This document shows positions 36,143-45,741 of a stretch of 64,000 nt of DNA, piece by piece. Below the pieces are notes generated by a model. It ran no database searches and was not told the DNA's origin. It was given only the letters and a program-made list of their open reading frames with translations. A program made the translations under genes and the position numbers. How positions within the stretch are numbered: position 1 is the stretch's first letter; every line of letters starts with the position of its first letter. Source of the stretch: a virus; the IMG/VR virus record IMGVR_UViG_3300048854_000232, positions 230,600-294,599 of that record; one strand, given 5' to 3'.

Positions 36143-36556
36143 GTGATCGTTGCCCGAATCGTGGCAGTCTCTCTCCTCAGCGTCCTGGTCTATCTTGGTG
36201 CCTGCAGCAAGATGCCGGAACCTTCGACGGAACCAGCCCCGGCTGTCTCGGCCACTGTCGCGGTCACCACGCCCTCGGCTGTGCCTCAGGCTACCCCGGC
36301 GGAAATCAAAGCGGCTACCGGTCCGGATATCTGTCTCGTGCAGATCTGGGCAGCAACTGCCTTTGAACGCGCTAACAATCGCTCGGATGACAAGGCCCTT
36401 CTGGACCGCGTCGCCTGGTACATTGCCGTCGATCGGGTCACCAAGGCACTAACGGCCGACCCGCACGCGGATAAAGAGAGAGTACTTCGCCAGGTCGCTG
36501 CTGACCTTCAGGACGTCTACAAGACGCCTAAGCTTGCGGAATGTAAGTCGCCCTAA
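36143..36556 (+). CDS. putative lipoprotein
   Basis: signal peptide with LGAC lipobox; Pro/Ala linker. Confidence 0.65.
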   Translation: MIVARIVAVSLLSVLVYLGACSKMPEPSTEPAPAVSATVAVTTPSAVPQATPAEIKAATGPDICLVQIWAATAFERANNRSDDKALLDRVAWYIAVDRVTKALTADPHADKERVLRQVAADLQDVYKTPKLAECKSP

Positions 36557-36558
36557 CA

Positions 36559-36598
36559 GGAGCGGAGCCCTCACCGGCTCCGCTTCTTCTTATGCCGT
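36559..36598 (+). terminator. hairpin terminator followed by TATGCCGT
   Basis: GGAGCGGAGCC-CTCACC-GGCTCCGCTTC followed by TTCTTATGCCGT. Confidence 0.65.
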
Positions 36599-36627
36599 AC
36601 CCACCAACACACAAGAAGGAATTTCCC

Positions 36628-37047
36628 ATGTTCACCAATATCGTCGATTACCTGCTGCACCTCATCTTCTACCGCGGTCGCCAGGGCAAGGTCCACTTCG
36701 ACCTGTTCCAGGATCCCACCGGTCGTCACATGGAGCCGGATGGCTACCTCATGGTCCGTCAGCAGATCTCCCGCAACGATGATCGCGATCAGGCGGAGAA
36801 GAGCAAGCTGATCATGCTCTCGTTCACCCTGGAGAACCGCTGGGAGGCGCGCAAGCTGACCCGTGCCTTGGCGTTGCATATCCAGGGCGAGGCGCTCCTG
36901 CAGGGACTCAGCCCGGTACGCCTGGTCTGGCACGATGAGCGTGAAGTCACTCCGTTCGATGGCATCGAGCGTGCTCCGCTGATCCAGTCCGACCACCTGG
37001 TCAGCATGCCGCGTCCTGGCCTGCCGACGTTTATCTTCGCCGGCTAA
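36628..37047 (+). CDS. hypothetical protein
   Basis: AAGGA RBS; ATG at 36628. Confidence 0.7.
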   Translation: MFTNIVDYLLHLIFYRGRQGKVHFDLFQDPTGRHMEPDGYLMVRQQISRNDDRDQAEKSKLIMLSFTLENRWEARKLTRALALHIQGEALLQGLSPVRLVWHDEREVTPFDGIERAPLIQSDHLVSMPRPGLPTFIFAG

Positions 37048-37056
37048 GGAACCCTC

Positions 37057-37629
37057 ATGTCGCATGTACGCCGCTTGGAGATCATGACCAACGAACGGAT
37101 CTCAGGAGCTGACGTGGCTTTGATCAGTCAGCTGACCGACTTCACCCGGATCATGGTGGCTCGTACGCTGCATCCGAAGATCCCGGTGTCCGGTGCGTTG
37201 GATACCTACAGCCGGGAGACCTGGAGGTGCGGGGAAAGTCAGACGCCGATGGAGGTCTATGCGTTGAACCACACCAGCTACACCGGGATTGCGCATCACT
37301 CGATCGTGTTGCGCCTGACCAAGCTGGGGTTTCACGCTCGACCGGCCATGTTGACACGGACGGCGTTTACCCGCCTGATGGCCATGTGGGTTCAAGGCGA
37401 GACCGTCCTGAACCTTTATGGTGATCGGATGCAGGTGTTCCTGACCGCGATGGCGCACGAGGACTACGACTTCACCATGGCCCGTGACGAAACGCTTTCA
37501 CGGATCATGGATGTCATGGCCGCGATGATTACCCGGATAGGAATGTTTAGCCGGGTAGTGGACATCAAGATCCGGGACGTCCAGGGAAGCACCCTGTTCG
37601 TGATCAACTACGTGCCGGAATCGAAGTAA
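37057..37629 (+). CDS. hypothetical protein
   Basis: 190 aa; AAGGA RBS. Confidence 0.7.
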   Translation: MSHVRRLEIMTNERISGADVALISQLTDFTRIMVARTLHPKIPVSGALDTYSRETWRCGESQTPMEVYALNHTSYTGIAHHSIVLRLTKLGFHARPAMLTRTAFTRLMAMWVQGETVLNLYGDRMQVFLTAMAHEDYDFTMARDETLSRIMDVMAAMITRIGMFSRVVDIKIRDVQGSTLFVINYVPESK

Positions 37630-37692
37630 CGGCATAGCGCCTCCTCCTTCCCCAGTCGGGAAGGAGGAGGCCTGTGCGGCTTTCTTTTTTTG
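37629..37692. terminator. terminator between convergent genes
   Basis: ACGGCATA..GCCTCCTCCTTCCC-CAGTC-GGGAAGGAGGAGGC, then a T-run. Confidence 0.7.
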
Positions 37693-37702
37693 CTTGCGTG
37701 GC

Positions 37703-38059
37703 TTACGTGAACGGGGACACGATGAAAGCCAGCATCGCGTACACAAGTAGCACAGCCAATTCGGACAGCAGATGGTATTCTATCAGCTTCCGCATCGGCG
37801 CTCTTCGCTCCACGAGACAACTGACGATCAGCGCCACGAGCTCAGAGGCGAGCATTAACGAGAGCAGATGACCGGGCATGGGGTGTAGCCATCGGTACAG
37901 ACCCCCACTAACCAGGGCCTCCACGATAACCTGCCGAGTCAGATACATCCGCCAGCATCGATTGTGGGGGTTGCGGGCTTCGCTATACCCCCAGTCGATG
38001 ACATGAGCTAATACGCCGTGCTTGAAGAGCAAGAGGCCCAGAAGTACGAAGTACTCCAC
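37703..38059 (-). CDS. small membrane protein, degenerate DUF3307-like
   Basis: AGGAGG RBS; LLLFKHGVLAHVIDW resembles LMFKHFLADF of 33911-34312. Confidence 0.6.
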   Translation of the reverse strand: MEYFVLLGLLLFKHGVLAHVIDWGYSEARNPHNRCWRMYLTRQVIVEALVSGGLYRWLHPMPGHLLSLMLASELVALIVSCLVERRAPMRKLIEYHLLSELAVLLVYAMLAFIVSPFT

Positions 38060-38109
38060 GGCGTCCTCCTGGAAGCGCGGTGAGCCTTAGGGCAGTTCTA
38101 CCGAGATCC

Positions 38110-39651
38110 TTAGGCCGCTGCGGCGAACCAAGGTACCTCGTCGCCACTGCCGATCGCACCACCACCCGCATGCTTGCGAGTCGTATCCTTGCCATGGATG
38201 TCGTCCGGAATCGAACCGACGGCGCAGAAGGGCAGTACGATGAAGAGGTCCTTCTCCGGGGTGGGACGCAACTTACGGTGCTTACCACGTTGCATGGTCA
38301 GGAACGAGGCGCCGTTGATCTTCACGATGTGGATGTACAGTTCCATGTCCACTTCTTGATCGATCGTCTTGCAGCTGTCGTAGTATCCCTTGTTGGCGAT
38401 TTCCTGCACGAAGTTCTCCACACCCTGTCGAACGAGACCCTTGGCCTCGGTAGAGAGCTGGTGGGGGGTAATGAACGCAATGGCATGTTCGGATGTGAAA
38501 TTGCGCATCCGACGGAACAGATCACGGACTTCAAAGCCGGCGGGACCGACCTGGCAGCCTTTCTTGTTGATCATGTTGAGGTAATCCACCACCATCAGGT
38601 GAACCTCATATCCTTCCGCTTCCAGACGCAACACGTAATCCTGGATCGTGTGGAAGGACACGTCCGAGGGATTCATGCGGCACATCTTGATGTGGTAGCC
38701 GGTCGCGGACAGCCGCTCGTGCACGTAGCGGGTGGCCTCGTTGATATCCACCGCCGACAGATCGCATTCCTGCCCGGTCTCGTTTTCCTTGAGGTTGGCG
38801 TACAGCCACATGACGTTTTGGGTGAGGGAGTTCTCCGTGGAGATATGCAGCAGCAGCGGCTTCTTCTTCGGATCCTTCATCCAGGGTTTATTGTAGAGCG
38901 CGGCCTGCTTGAACATCGAGAGGGTGCAACCCGTCTTGAAGTTGTGCTGCAGCGCACCGACAACCCAGGACTCCCCACGCACGATCCCGCAGTGCTCACC
39001 GGTCATCCGGTTCAAGCCCTGCCAGCCAAACTGAATCACGCCCTCCGGCGAGGCTTCCGCGCGGGCACGTTCCATGAGCGAGGCCATCCCTGCCTGATTA
39101 GCTGTATCGATCTCATCGACCATGCCCTCAATCTTGTCGTGGACACCCGACATGGTGAAGGGTTCCAACTGGGAGGCGATATCCCGGACCAGCTCCCGCA
39201 AGTTCTGTTCCCCGCCGCCGGTATTGAAGGCGGACTTATGGTAGGCGCGCTTGATAATGTCCTTGATGCGGCCTTCGTCCATGTAGCTGCGCAGTTCGTG
39301 ACGGGCGTCCAGGATCTGCTTTTTCAGCATGTCCTCTTCGGTCACCTCGTCTAGGCCATACTCCACGGCCAGGTACAGGGCTTCGTCGTCCCCCACGTTC
39401 ACACGTATTCTTTGAAGCAGTCCCGCCCGGTCGTATTTATGATCGACGGGGTTCTCACACATCCACAGGGCCGTGGCGCGCAGCGATTGCATGTTTTCCC
39501 GGGTAGAACCGAAGTCCATTCCACCTTCAGGAAACTTAATCGTATTGATGACCTGTTTTACGAGGTCACTCGACTGCGACGTCGCGTCCATTGACTGACT
39601 CTCCTTATAAAGGAGGGTGATAGCTTTCACGAGAAGCAGTTTGGGGTCCAT
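38110..39651 (-). CDS. dnaB: DnaB-like replicative helicase (phiKZ gp118-like)
   Basis: GALQHNFKT Walker A variant typical of phiKZ-like DnaB; ISTEN, VVDYL, TPHQLS, QRGKHR. Confidence 0.9.
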   Translation of the reverse strand: MDPKLLLVKAITLLYKESQSMDATSQSSDLVKQVINTIKFPEGGMDFGSTRENMQSLRATALWMCENPVDHKYDRAGLLQRIRVNVGDDEALYLAVEYGLDEVTEEDMLKKQILDARHELRSYMDEGRIKDIIKRAYHKSAFNTGGGEQNLRELVRDIASQLEPFTMSGVHDKIEGMVDEIDTANQAGMASLMERARAEASPEGVIQFGWQGLNRMTGEHCGIVRGESWVVGALQHNFKTGCTLSMFKQAALYNKPWMKDPKKKPLLLHISTENSLTQNVMWLYANLKENETGQECDLSAVDINEATRYVHERLSATGYHIKMCRMNPSDVSFHTIQDYVLRLEAEGYEVHLMVVDYLNMINKKGCQVGPAGFEVRDLFRRMRNFTSEHAIAFITPHQLSTEAKGLVRQGVENFVQEIANKGYYDSCKTIDQEVDMELYIHIVKINGASFLTMQRGKHRKLRPTPEKDLFIVLPFCAVGSIPDDIHGKDTTRKHAGGGAIGSGDEVPWFAAAA

Positions 39652-39683
39652 TGCTCTATGTCCAACTACAAGGGTTGAAAACG

Positions 39684-40217
39684 ATGAAGATCATCTACGT
39701 TCCCGACTGGATGCGCGCTGCGCTGGCAGCGGCTGACGCTCCGGTCCAGAACCTCTATTCGGTCGATAAACTCTTGGGCACACTATCCCCGGAGGATGTC
39801 GCAAATTACATCTTTCTGAACGAAAACCTGCCGAAGTTCCTGCCCGAACCCATCGTGGGCTCCTTCGAGCTGATCAATCTCTCCGGTCAGTTGGAAGGGG
39901 ACGAGTGTCCGTCCTTCAAGCAGGTTGCGAAAATCCTCGGTGACTACAAGGTCAACGAGATCGGCCCCTCGCTGGATGCGGACGGGAAGCAGCTTACCTG
40001 CGATCTTATGGATGAGTATTCCATCCGCTTCACCCATGTCCCCCTCGCCGAGGGCGATGCCACCGACGAGACCGCACGCGGCGAAGCGGGTCTTATGGAC
40101 CGCGTGATTCGCCAGCTTTACTCCTTCACCCCGTTCCACGAACTGGCCCAGCTTCCCCTCATGGCCGGGTACCTTACGGCAGCCCAGCAGAGCCTGGCCC
40201 CCACCTACGTCAGCTAA
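39684..40217 (+). CDS. conserved hypothetical protein (phiKZ gp119 position)
   Basis: lies between DnaB and MCP as in phiKZ-like synteny; MKIIYVPDW start. Confidence 0.65.
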   Translation: MKIIYVPDWMRAALAAADAPVQNLYSVDKLLGTLSPEDVANYIFLNENLPKFLPEPIVGSFELINLSGQLEGDECPSFKQVAKILGDYKVNEIGPSLDADGKQLTCDLMDEYSIRFTHVPLAEGDATDETARGEAGLMDRVIRQLYSFTPFHELAQLPLMAGYLTAAQQSLAPTYVS

Positions 40218-40445
40218 TCCCCGTTTGTAGTGTGCATAATCATTTGGTAATGCTCGCGTTGCCAGGCCATATCCGGTCGCAGACCCCATTCTGCAATGGT
40301 ATGGGCACTACGTAGCGGCGGTCAGGAAGTTGTCGACACAGCGGTAGCTTGTCCAACCCACGTTAGACCAGCGCGATAGTATGGCGGTGGACGTCAAGGC
40401 TACTACTGCTGCCCTCTCAAAACAGTCAAGCAAGGATTTATTTCC

Positions 40446-42674
40446 ATGGCACTTCACAAGAATCACGGCGACCTCCGTCACCGCAAGCTCCTGGACCAGG
40501 TCAAGTCGACCATCGACACCCAGGCCGATGATCTCGCGACCGATGCCCAGACCCAGGGTCTGATCTCGCTCGAATCGCTCGATCCGGCGACCTTCAACGC
40601 ACTCGACCAGCACGTCGAAGGCGTGGAGCGCTCGATCGAAGGCATGCTCACCTCGATCGGTTTCGAGGGCTTCGACGACTCCACCGTCATCGGCAAGCGC
40701 GTCAAAGCCAACGCCCTCAAGGCCGGCGCGATCGTCGCCATGGCTCACGGCAACCCGGTCGCCTACGCGCGCCAGGGTTACGAAGGCCAGGCCAAGGCCA
40801 ATGGCAGCATCAAGATCGGTGAAGTCATCAGCGGCGGCGTCGCCGGCTCGATGGACTACCGCGACGCGATCGGCCTCGAGTCGTTCGACGAGCGCGAACT
40901 GCGCGAGTACCTGCCGTACTCCGTCGTCTTCAACGTTTTCGCCAACCGCCAGGACGACTTCTCGGAAACCCTGTTCCCGACGACCGTCGTCACTCCGGAC
41001 GCTGCAGGCCTCGACGTCTCCGTCAACCGCTCGCTGGTGTTCCAGGAAGTCCGTCACGCCATCACCGGCCAGCCGGCGAACTTCAAGAAGAAGAACCTCA
41101 TCGACGCCGCGGTGGACTTCACCATCCTCGCCGACGAGACCACCCGCCTGATCCCGGTCCGCCAGACCGACGGTTCGAACGCTTCGTTCTTCGTCGACCC
41201 GGCCGTCATCGCTCCGTCGTTCGCCGCCCTCTCGGGCGTGTCGATCCCGACCGCACCGCTGGCCATGGGCCCGACGGTCGACCTGCTCGGTATCTCGCAG
41301 TTCCCGGCCCTCATCGGCGCCGGTATCATCGACAACACCGACTCCATCGACGGCCGCATCACCCTCGAGAACGTGTACATGCTCGCCGAAGCTGGCGAAG
41401 TGGGTATCAAGTTCCCGACCAAGAACCTGCCGCGCAACAACTTCGTGAAGTCGATCGAAGGCAACGGCCGCGAAATGAACCTCCAGTTCAGCTCGCGCGA
41501 CCTCGTCCTGAACGCTGCCACGGTTCACGCCGACGGCACGACCCCGACCAACACGGCGCTCGCGCTCATCCGTACCAGCAACTACACGGTTCGCGTGTCG
41601 GTTGCTATCAACGGCGTGGCCAACGTCGAGTTCGGTAACGTGCAGGTCTACACCTCGCCGCTGCAGGTGGTCTCGATCACCGACGCGAACGGCGTGGACG
41701 TGTCCCTCACGCAGGGTAACGGTCAGACGATCGCTGCTGCCATCGCTGGCATGAAGCTGGTCGGTTACGACCTCCACGTCAACCGCACCAACCTGAACCG
41801 TCGTACGCGCGGCCACCTGCTCGACACGACCTGGGAAACCGAGCGTTACCCGATCTCGCTGGGCAGCCCGCTCTCCATCCCGTCGCCGGCAACGGCTACC
41901 AAGGATGCCGCCGACCTCAAGACCCTGATCAACGCCGCTCGCGTGCGCAACTCGAACAATGCCGTCACGGCGCTGTTCAACATTGCCGACGCCCTGCGCG
42001 CCTACGTCAGCGGTCCGAAGCCGGCCGATGGTTCGATCCCGAACGTCGGTGGCATGGGTCGCTTCCTGGTCCAGCCGTTCTACGAAGAGCGCAACTTCGA
42101 CCTGCTCCTGGCGATCAACAACGTCAAGTCGCAGGATCGTGCCCAGGACGTGCAGAGCGCCCTCGTCAACGTCTGCCGTGACGTCTCGTACCGCATGTAC
42201 CGCGACACCCGCATCCAGCCGGCCATCGACGCTCTCAACGGCTCCGCCGGCGAGACCCCGACGCTGTTCGTCGGTTGCGACCAGGTGCTCGAGCGCCACC
42301 TCATGGTGACGGGCGACACCCGCACGTTCGGCACGGCCTTCGACAAGTTCGAAGTCAAGTCGACGTTCGACAAGCGCATGCGCAACAAGATCGTGCTGAC
42401 GTTCATCCGTCCGCAGGTCTCCGGTCCGGATCCGCTCTCGTTCGGTACCCACGCCTGGATCCCGGAGCTCACCTCCTCGATCATGGTCAACCGCAACGGT
42501 GCGACCATCAAGGAAGCCATGGTCCAGCCGCGTACGCTGCACGTGAACAACCTCCCGGTTCTCGCGGTCATCAACGTGCTGAACCTGACGGCAGCGCTGT
42601 CGCAGAAGATCGACACCGGCCACTTCGCCGATGCGATCGGCCAGGGCAACCTGGGCGGCATCAACTATCCGTAA
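40446..42674 (+). CDS. major capsid protein (phiKZ gp120-like)
   Basis: 742 aa; extreme codon bias; RQDDFSETLFPTTVV, NLNRRTRG, VQPRTLHVNNLP; synteny after DnaB; S/G-x-E protease sites in the N-terminus. Confidence 0.92.
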   Translation: MALHKNHGDLRHRKLLDQVKSTIDTQADDLATDAQTQGLISLESLDPATFNALDQHVEGVERSIEGMLTSIGFEGFDDSTVIGKRVKANALKAGAIVAMAHGNPVAYARQGYEGQAKANGSIKIGEVISGGVAGSMDYRDAIGLESFDERELREYLPYSVVFNVFANRQDDFSETLFPTTVVTPDAAGLDVSVNRSLVFQEVRHAITGQPANFKKKNLIDAAVDFTILADETTRLIPVRQTDGSNASFFVDPAVIAPSFAALSGVSIPTAPLAMGPTVDLLGISQFPALIGAGIIDNTDSIDGRITLENVYMLAEAGEVGIKFPTKNLPRNNFVKSIEGNGREMNLQFSSRDLVLNAATVHADGTTPTNTALALIRTSNYTVRVSVAINGVANVEFGNVQVYTSPLQVVSITDANGVDVSLTQGNGQTIAAAIAGMKLVGYDLHVNRTNLNRRTRGHLLDTTWETERYPISLGSPLSIPSPATATKDAADLKTLINAARVRNSNNAVTALFNIADALRAYVSGPKPADGSIPNVGGMGRFLVQPFYEERNFDLLLAINNVKSQDRAQDVQSALVNVCRDVSYRMYRDTRIQPAIDALNGSAGETPTLFVGCDQVLERHLMVTGDTRTFGTAFDKFEVKSTFDKRMRNKIVLTFIRPQVSGPDPLSFGTHAWIPELTSSIMVNRNGATIKEAMVQPRTLHVNNLPVLAVINVLNLTAALSQKIDTGHFADAIGQGNLGGINYP

Positions 42675-42720
42675 GGGTAGGCCGGAAGGCAAAAGTCAGT
42701 AGTAGCCTACTGCAAACAGG

Positions 42721-42763
42721 GCAGTCCAGGACCTTCGGGTCCTGGACTGTTTCTTTTGCCGTT
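42721..42763 (+). terminator. intrinsic terminator after MCP
   Basis: CAGTCCAGGACC-TTCG-GGTCCTGGACTG followed by TTTCTTTTGCCGTT. Confidence 0.85.
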
Positions 42764-42780
42764 ACCGAGGATTCTAAAGA

Positions 42781-42808
42781 ATCACAGACATACATTACTA
42801 ACCTGTAA
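42781..42808 (+). promoter_or_regulatory. putative phage early promoter
   Basis: ATCACAGACATACATTACTAACCTGTAA upstream of the operon containing the nvRNAP subunit. Confidence 0.65.
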
Positions 42809-42843
42809 CACCAACCGTGGCCATGGCTTGAAGGGTACGCGCT

Positions 42844-44043
42844 ATGCCATCACTAGAAACTAGCCAAGCGTCAAACTTCGTACCCGATATCATCCTCGTA
42901 GGCGGTACACCCACTGTTGAAGGTCTACCCCAGTCAGAACTGGGCTACAGCTTCTACAATGGGTTAGGGTGTACCGTGACCATCGTCACGCGCACCGGAG
43001 TACAGCTGCACATCCCCCCTGTTCAGGGGCGTGCACGCGGGTTTGTGATCAGGAGTACGTACCGTGTCGGACACGGAGTAATTGTTAACACCCACGACCT
43101 ATTGAATGATCAGGGGCTAAAAACCTCCAAGGAAGCCACAGCGATCGAGCAGGCGCTGTATCGGGAAGAGGTACGGATTGGTCGGGGACGCCGGGAGGTG
43201 GCCACCGTCGACTACGTACTGAACAAACAGGACTTCGACCGTAATGGCGGGTCCGTCTATCTGACCAATCTGGATTTGACGGTTTCTACGTTGAATCAGA
43301 ACTATGTCCCGAAACACCCCTATTCCCTCGTTGGTCAGCGCCTAAGGCTGATCGACGGCAATATGGCCCTCAAGGGCGGGGTAGGCCTGGCGTACGAGAT
43401 ACGGATCGTCGACCGGAACAACCGGTTTGGGGATCGGTTCATCAATATCGCTGGGACGGTGTATCGGATCGTGGCCAGTCCCGATGCTGAACTGCAAGAT
43501 GGCGTGTACTTGACCTCGAACATCCCGGCCAATGGGACCAACGATGTGGATATGCCCCGCTCGCTTTACTACTCCTTCGAGGAGGCTGTAAAGGAGCTGC
43601 GCCTGTACAACACGTATAACGAGGCCAAGACGCTCGGGGATCCGGATGCCGAAAGGGATCGGGAGCTGAAGGACTGGGCCCACCGGCTTAAGTCTGAAGA
43701 GCACCTCCAGCGGCAAGAGAAGCTCCGACGGGAATCTGAAGCAGACAGTAGCAAGCGAGAACTGGAGCGCGAACGGGAAGCCGTTCGAATCCTCCAGCAA
43801 GGGTACGAGGAACGGGCTCGCCTTCACGAGGCAGCAATGCGGGAACGCGGCCACAACCTCGATCGCCAGGAACATGAGTTCAAACTAAAGGAGCTGGAGC
43901 TGCGCAAGGAGAACCTCCATCTGAAGGAAGCGCTCGAACGTAAGTCCCAGAACCGCAAGGATCTGGCTGAAACCGTCAAGTACCTGCCCCTCGTCATCAC
44001 CGGACTCGGTGCGGTGTGGGCGGTTATACAGAAGTTCAAGTAA
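42844..44043 (+). CDS. conserved phiKZ-like protein with a C-terminal coiled coil and hydrophobic tail (gp122 position)
   Basis: synteny between MCP and the nvRNAP subunit; long charged helix; terminal hydrophobic segment. Confidence 0.75.
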   Translation: MPSLETSQASNFVPDIILVGGTPTVEGLPQSELGYSFYNGLGCTVTIVTRTGVQLHIPPVQGRARGFVIRSTYRVGHGVIVNTHDLLNDQGLKTSKEATAIEQALYREEVRIGRGRREVATVDYVLNKQDFDRNGGSVYLTNLDLTVSTLNQNYVPKHPYSLVGQRLRLIDGNMALKGGVGLAYEIRIVDRNNRFGDRFINIAGTVYRIVASPDAELQDGVYLTSNIPANGTNDVDMPRSLYYSFEEAVKELRLYNTYNEAKTLGDPDAERDRELKDWAHRLKSEEHLQRQEKLRRESEADSSKRELEREREAVRILQQGYEERARLHEAAMRERGHNLDRQEHEFKLKELELRKENLHLKEALERKSQNRKDLAETVKYLPLVITGLGAVWAVIQKFK

Positions 44044-44057
44044 CGACAGGTGATTCG

Positions 44058-45668
44058 ATGGATAACAAACTCTTCGATTTGGTGGCATCGCAAACGCCCA
44101 AGTTCAATGACGTCATCGTCAATGGACTGGCGGTCCGCGAAATGAAGTACGTGGAAGGCTATGTCGACCGAATCATGCGTGCTGCTTCGGCCGATTTCCC
44201 TCCAGGACTTTCCTACGAGACATATCGCCGCTGCACCCCGCAGGAGGAGCAAGCCATCAACACGGAGCGGTTGTCCGGCCAGTCCACCTTGGAATTGGCC
44301 CGATCCGACGTGTACATGGTGAAATACTTCTTCAAGTTCAATGGCGAAGAACTCAGGCCGTGTTACCTGAACCTGCCCTTCGTCAACGATGCGGGTATCA
44401 TTCATATCCGCGGAAGCGTGTTCTCCATTGCCCCGGTCATGGCCGACAAGGCGATCTCCGTGGGCTCGGACAACATCTTCATCCCGCTCAATCGCGATAT
44501 GCTGACGTTCAATCGGCAGATCCAGCACTTCTACCGCAACGGGGAACGTGAGAGCGTGTACGTGGTCTGGTCGCCGATCTACCACCTGAAGAAAGTCCCC
44601 GGCCGTACGCAGTTGCGTGCGCCGGTCAAGGGGTTCACCACCCTCATCCACTACCTCTTTGCGAAATACGGCCTGCGCCGTACGTTCGCGGAATTCGCCA
44701 ACGCCACGGTCGAGGTGGGTGAGGGTGATGAGATTAACCCCGAGAAGTTCCCGCCCTCGGAATGGGTCATCTGTACCTCGACCCAACGCAAGCCCTTGGG
44801 CGTGCGTGATAAGTACTACGTGGGCACCAACACCCGTCTGGCCATTCGCAAAAGCGACTACAACCTGACGACGATGAACCTGATCGGTGGCTTCTTCTAT
44901 ATCGCCGACCACTTCCCCCAGCGCGTGCAGGCCGAATACGTCGATGAGACGATCCTTTGGCGGGTCTTGCTGGGCCACCTGATCTTTGGCGGTCACGGTG
45001 GTGAGGGTAAACTGCAGGTGGATGTGGATAACCACCTCAAATCGCTGGACGGCTATCTCGACAACGAGGCCAAGCTGTACCTGCGCTCGGATGACATCTA
45101 CGCTGAAGACATCTACATGCTCTTCATGTACATCATCGATAAGTTCAGCCACCTGGTGACCCAGTCCACAGGTGCCGTCTCCTCGATGTACGACAAGCGA
45201 CTGATGATCCTGCGGTATGTGCTGAAGGATATCACCCGGGGCATTAACAAGTTCATGTACCGGCTGAACTCCAACACCAAGAAGGCCCTGACGGCCAACG
45301 ACATCCGCAAGACGATGGAACGGTTCCTGAAACCGAACCTGATCATGGGCATCAACAAAGGTCACGGGGAAGTTTCCTCGGTGTCCTCACCCGGCGACAA
45401 CAAGTACTTCAAGATCACCTCGGCCGGGATTCCCCAGACCGATTCCTCCGGTGGACGCAGCCGTTCCAAGACCTCGCTCGATGACCCGGCGAACCACCTC
45501 CACTCCTCCATCGCCGAAGTCGGCAGCTTCCTCACCCCGGGCAAATCCAGTCCCACGGGACGGGGTAAGCTCAACCCGTGCCTTCGGATCGCCTCCGATG
45601 GTCTCATCGTCCGTGACCCGGACAAGCAGATCCTCTTGGACAAGGTCCAGCGTCGCATCCAGCGTTAA
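44058..45668 (+). CDS. non-virion RNA polymerase beta-like subunit (phiKZ gp123-like)
   Basis: synteny; LELARSDVYMVKY, YLNLPFV, HYLFAKYG, HSSIAEVGS, PTGRGKLNP. Confidence 0.85.
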   Translation: MDNKLFDLVASQTPKFNDVIVNGLAVREMKYVEGYVDRIMRAASADFPPGLSYETYRRCTPQEEQAINTERLSGQSTLELARSDVYMVKYFFKFNGEELRPCYLNLPFVNDAGIIHIRGSVFSIAPVMADKAISVGSDNIFIPLNRDMLTFNRQIQHFYRNGERESVYVVWSPIYHLKKVPGRTQLRAPVKGFTTLIHYLFAKYGLRRTFAEFANATVEVGEGDEINPEKFPPSEWVICTSTQRKPLGVRDKYYVGTNTRLAIRKSDYNLTTMNLIGGFFYIADHFPQRVQAEYVDETILWRVLLGHLIFGGHGGEGKLQVDVDNHLKSLDGYLDNEAKLYLRSDDIYAEDIYMLFMYIIDKFSHLVTQSTGAVSSMYDKRLMILRYVLKDITRGINKFMYRLNSNTKKALTANDIRKTMERFLKPNLIMGINKGHGEVSSVSSPGDNKYFKITSAGIPQTDSSGGRSRSKTSLDDPANHLHSSIAEVGSFLTPGKSSPTGRGKLNPCLRIASDGLIVRDPDKQILLDKVQRRIQR

Positions 45669-45741
45669 ACCTACCCGCCCAGGTGGTGCGAACCAATAAA
45701 ACTAATCGCACCGGACTTATCGCCTTTAAGGAGTCTCCCAG

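Noticed and set aside
40308-42692. 794-aa minus-strand ORF opposite the MCP
   Set aside because: Antisense shadow of a strongly codon-biased GC-rich gene; no motifs and no RBS
38110-45668. Inteins or introns in DnaB, MCP or the nvRNAP subunit
   Set aside because: The ORFs are continuous, of ordinary length, and show no intein or homing endonuclease motifs
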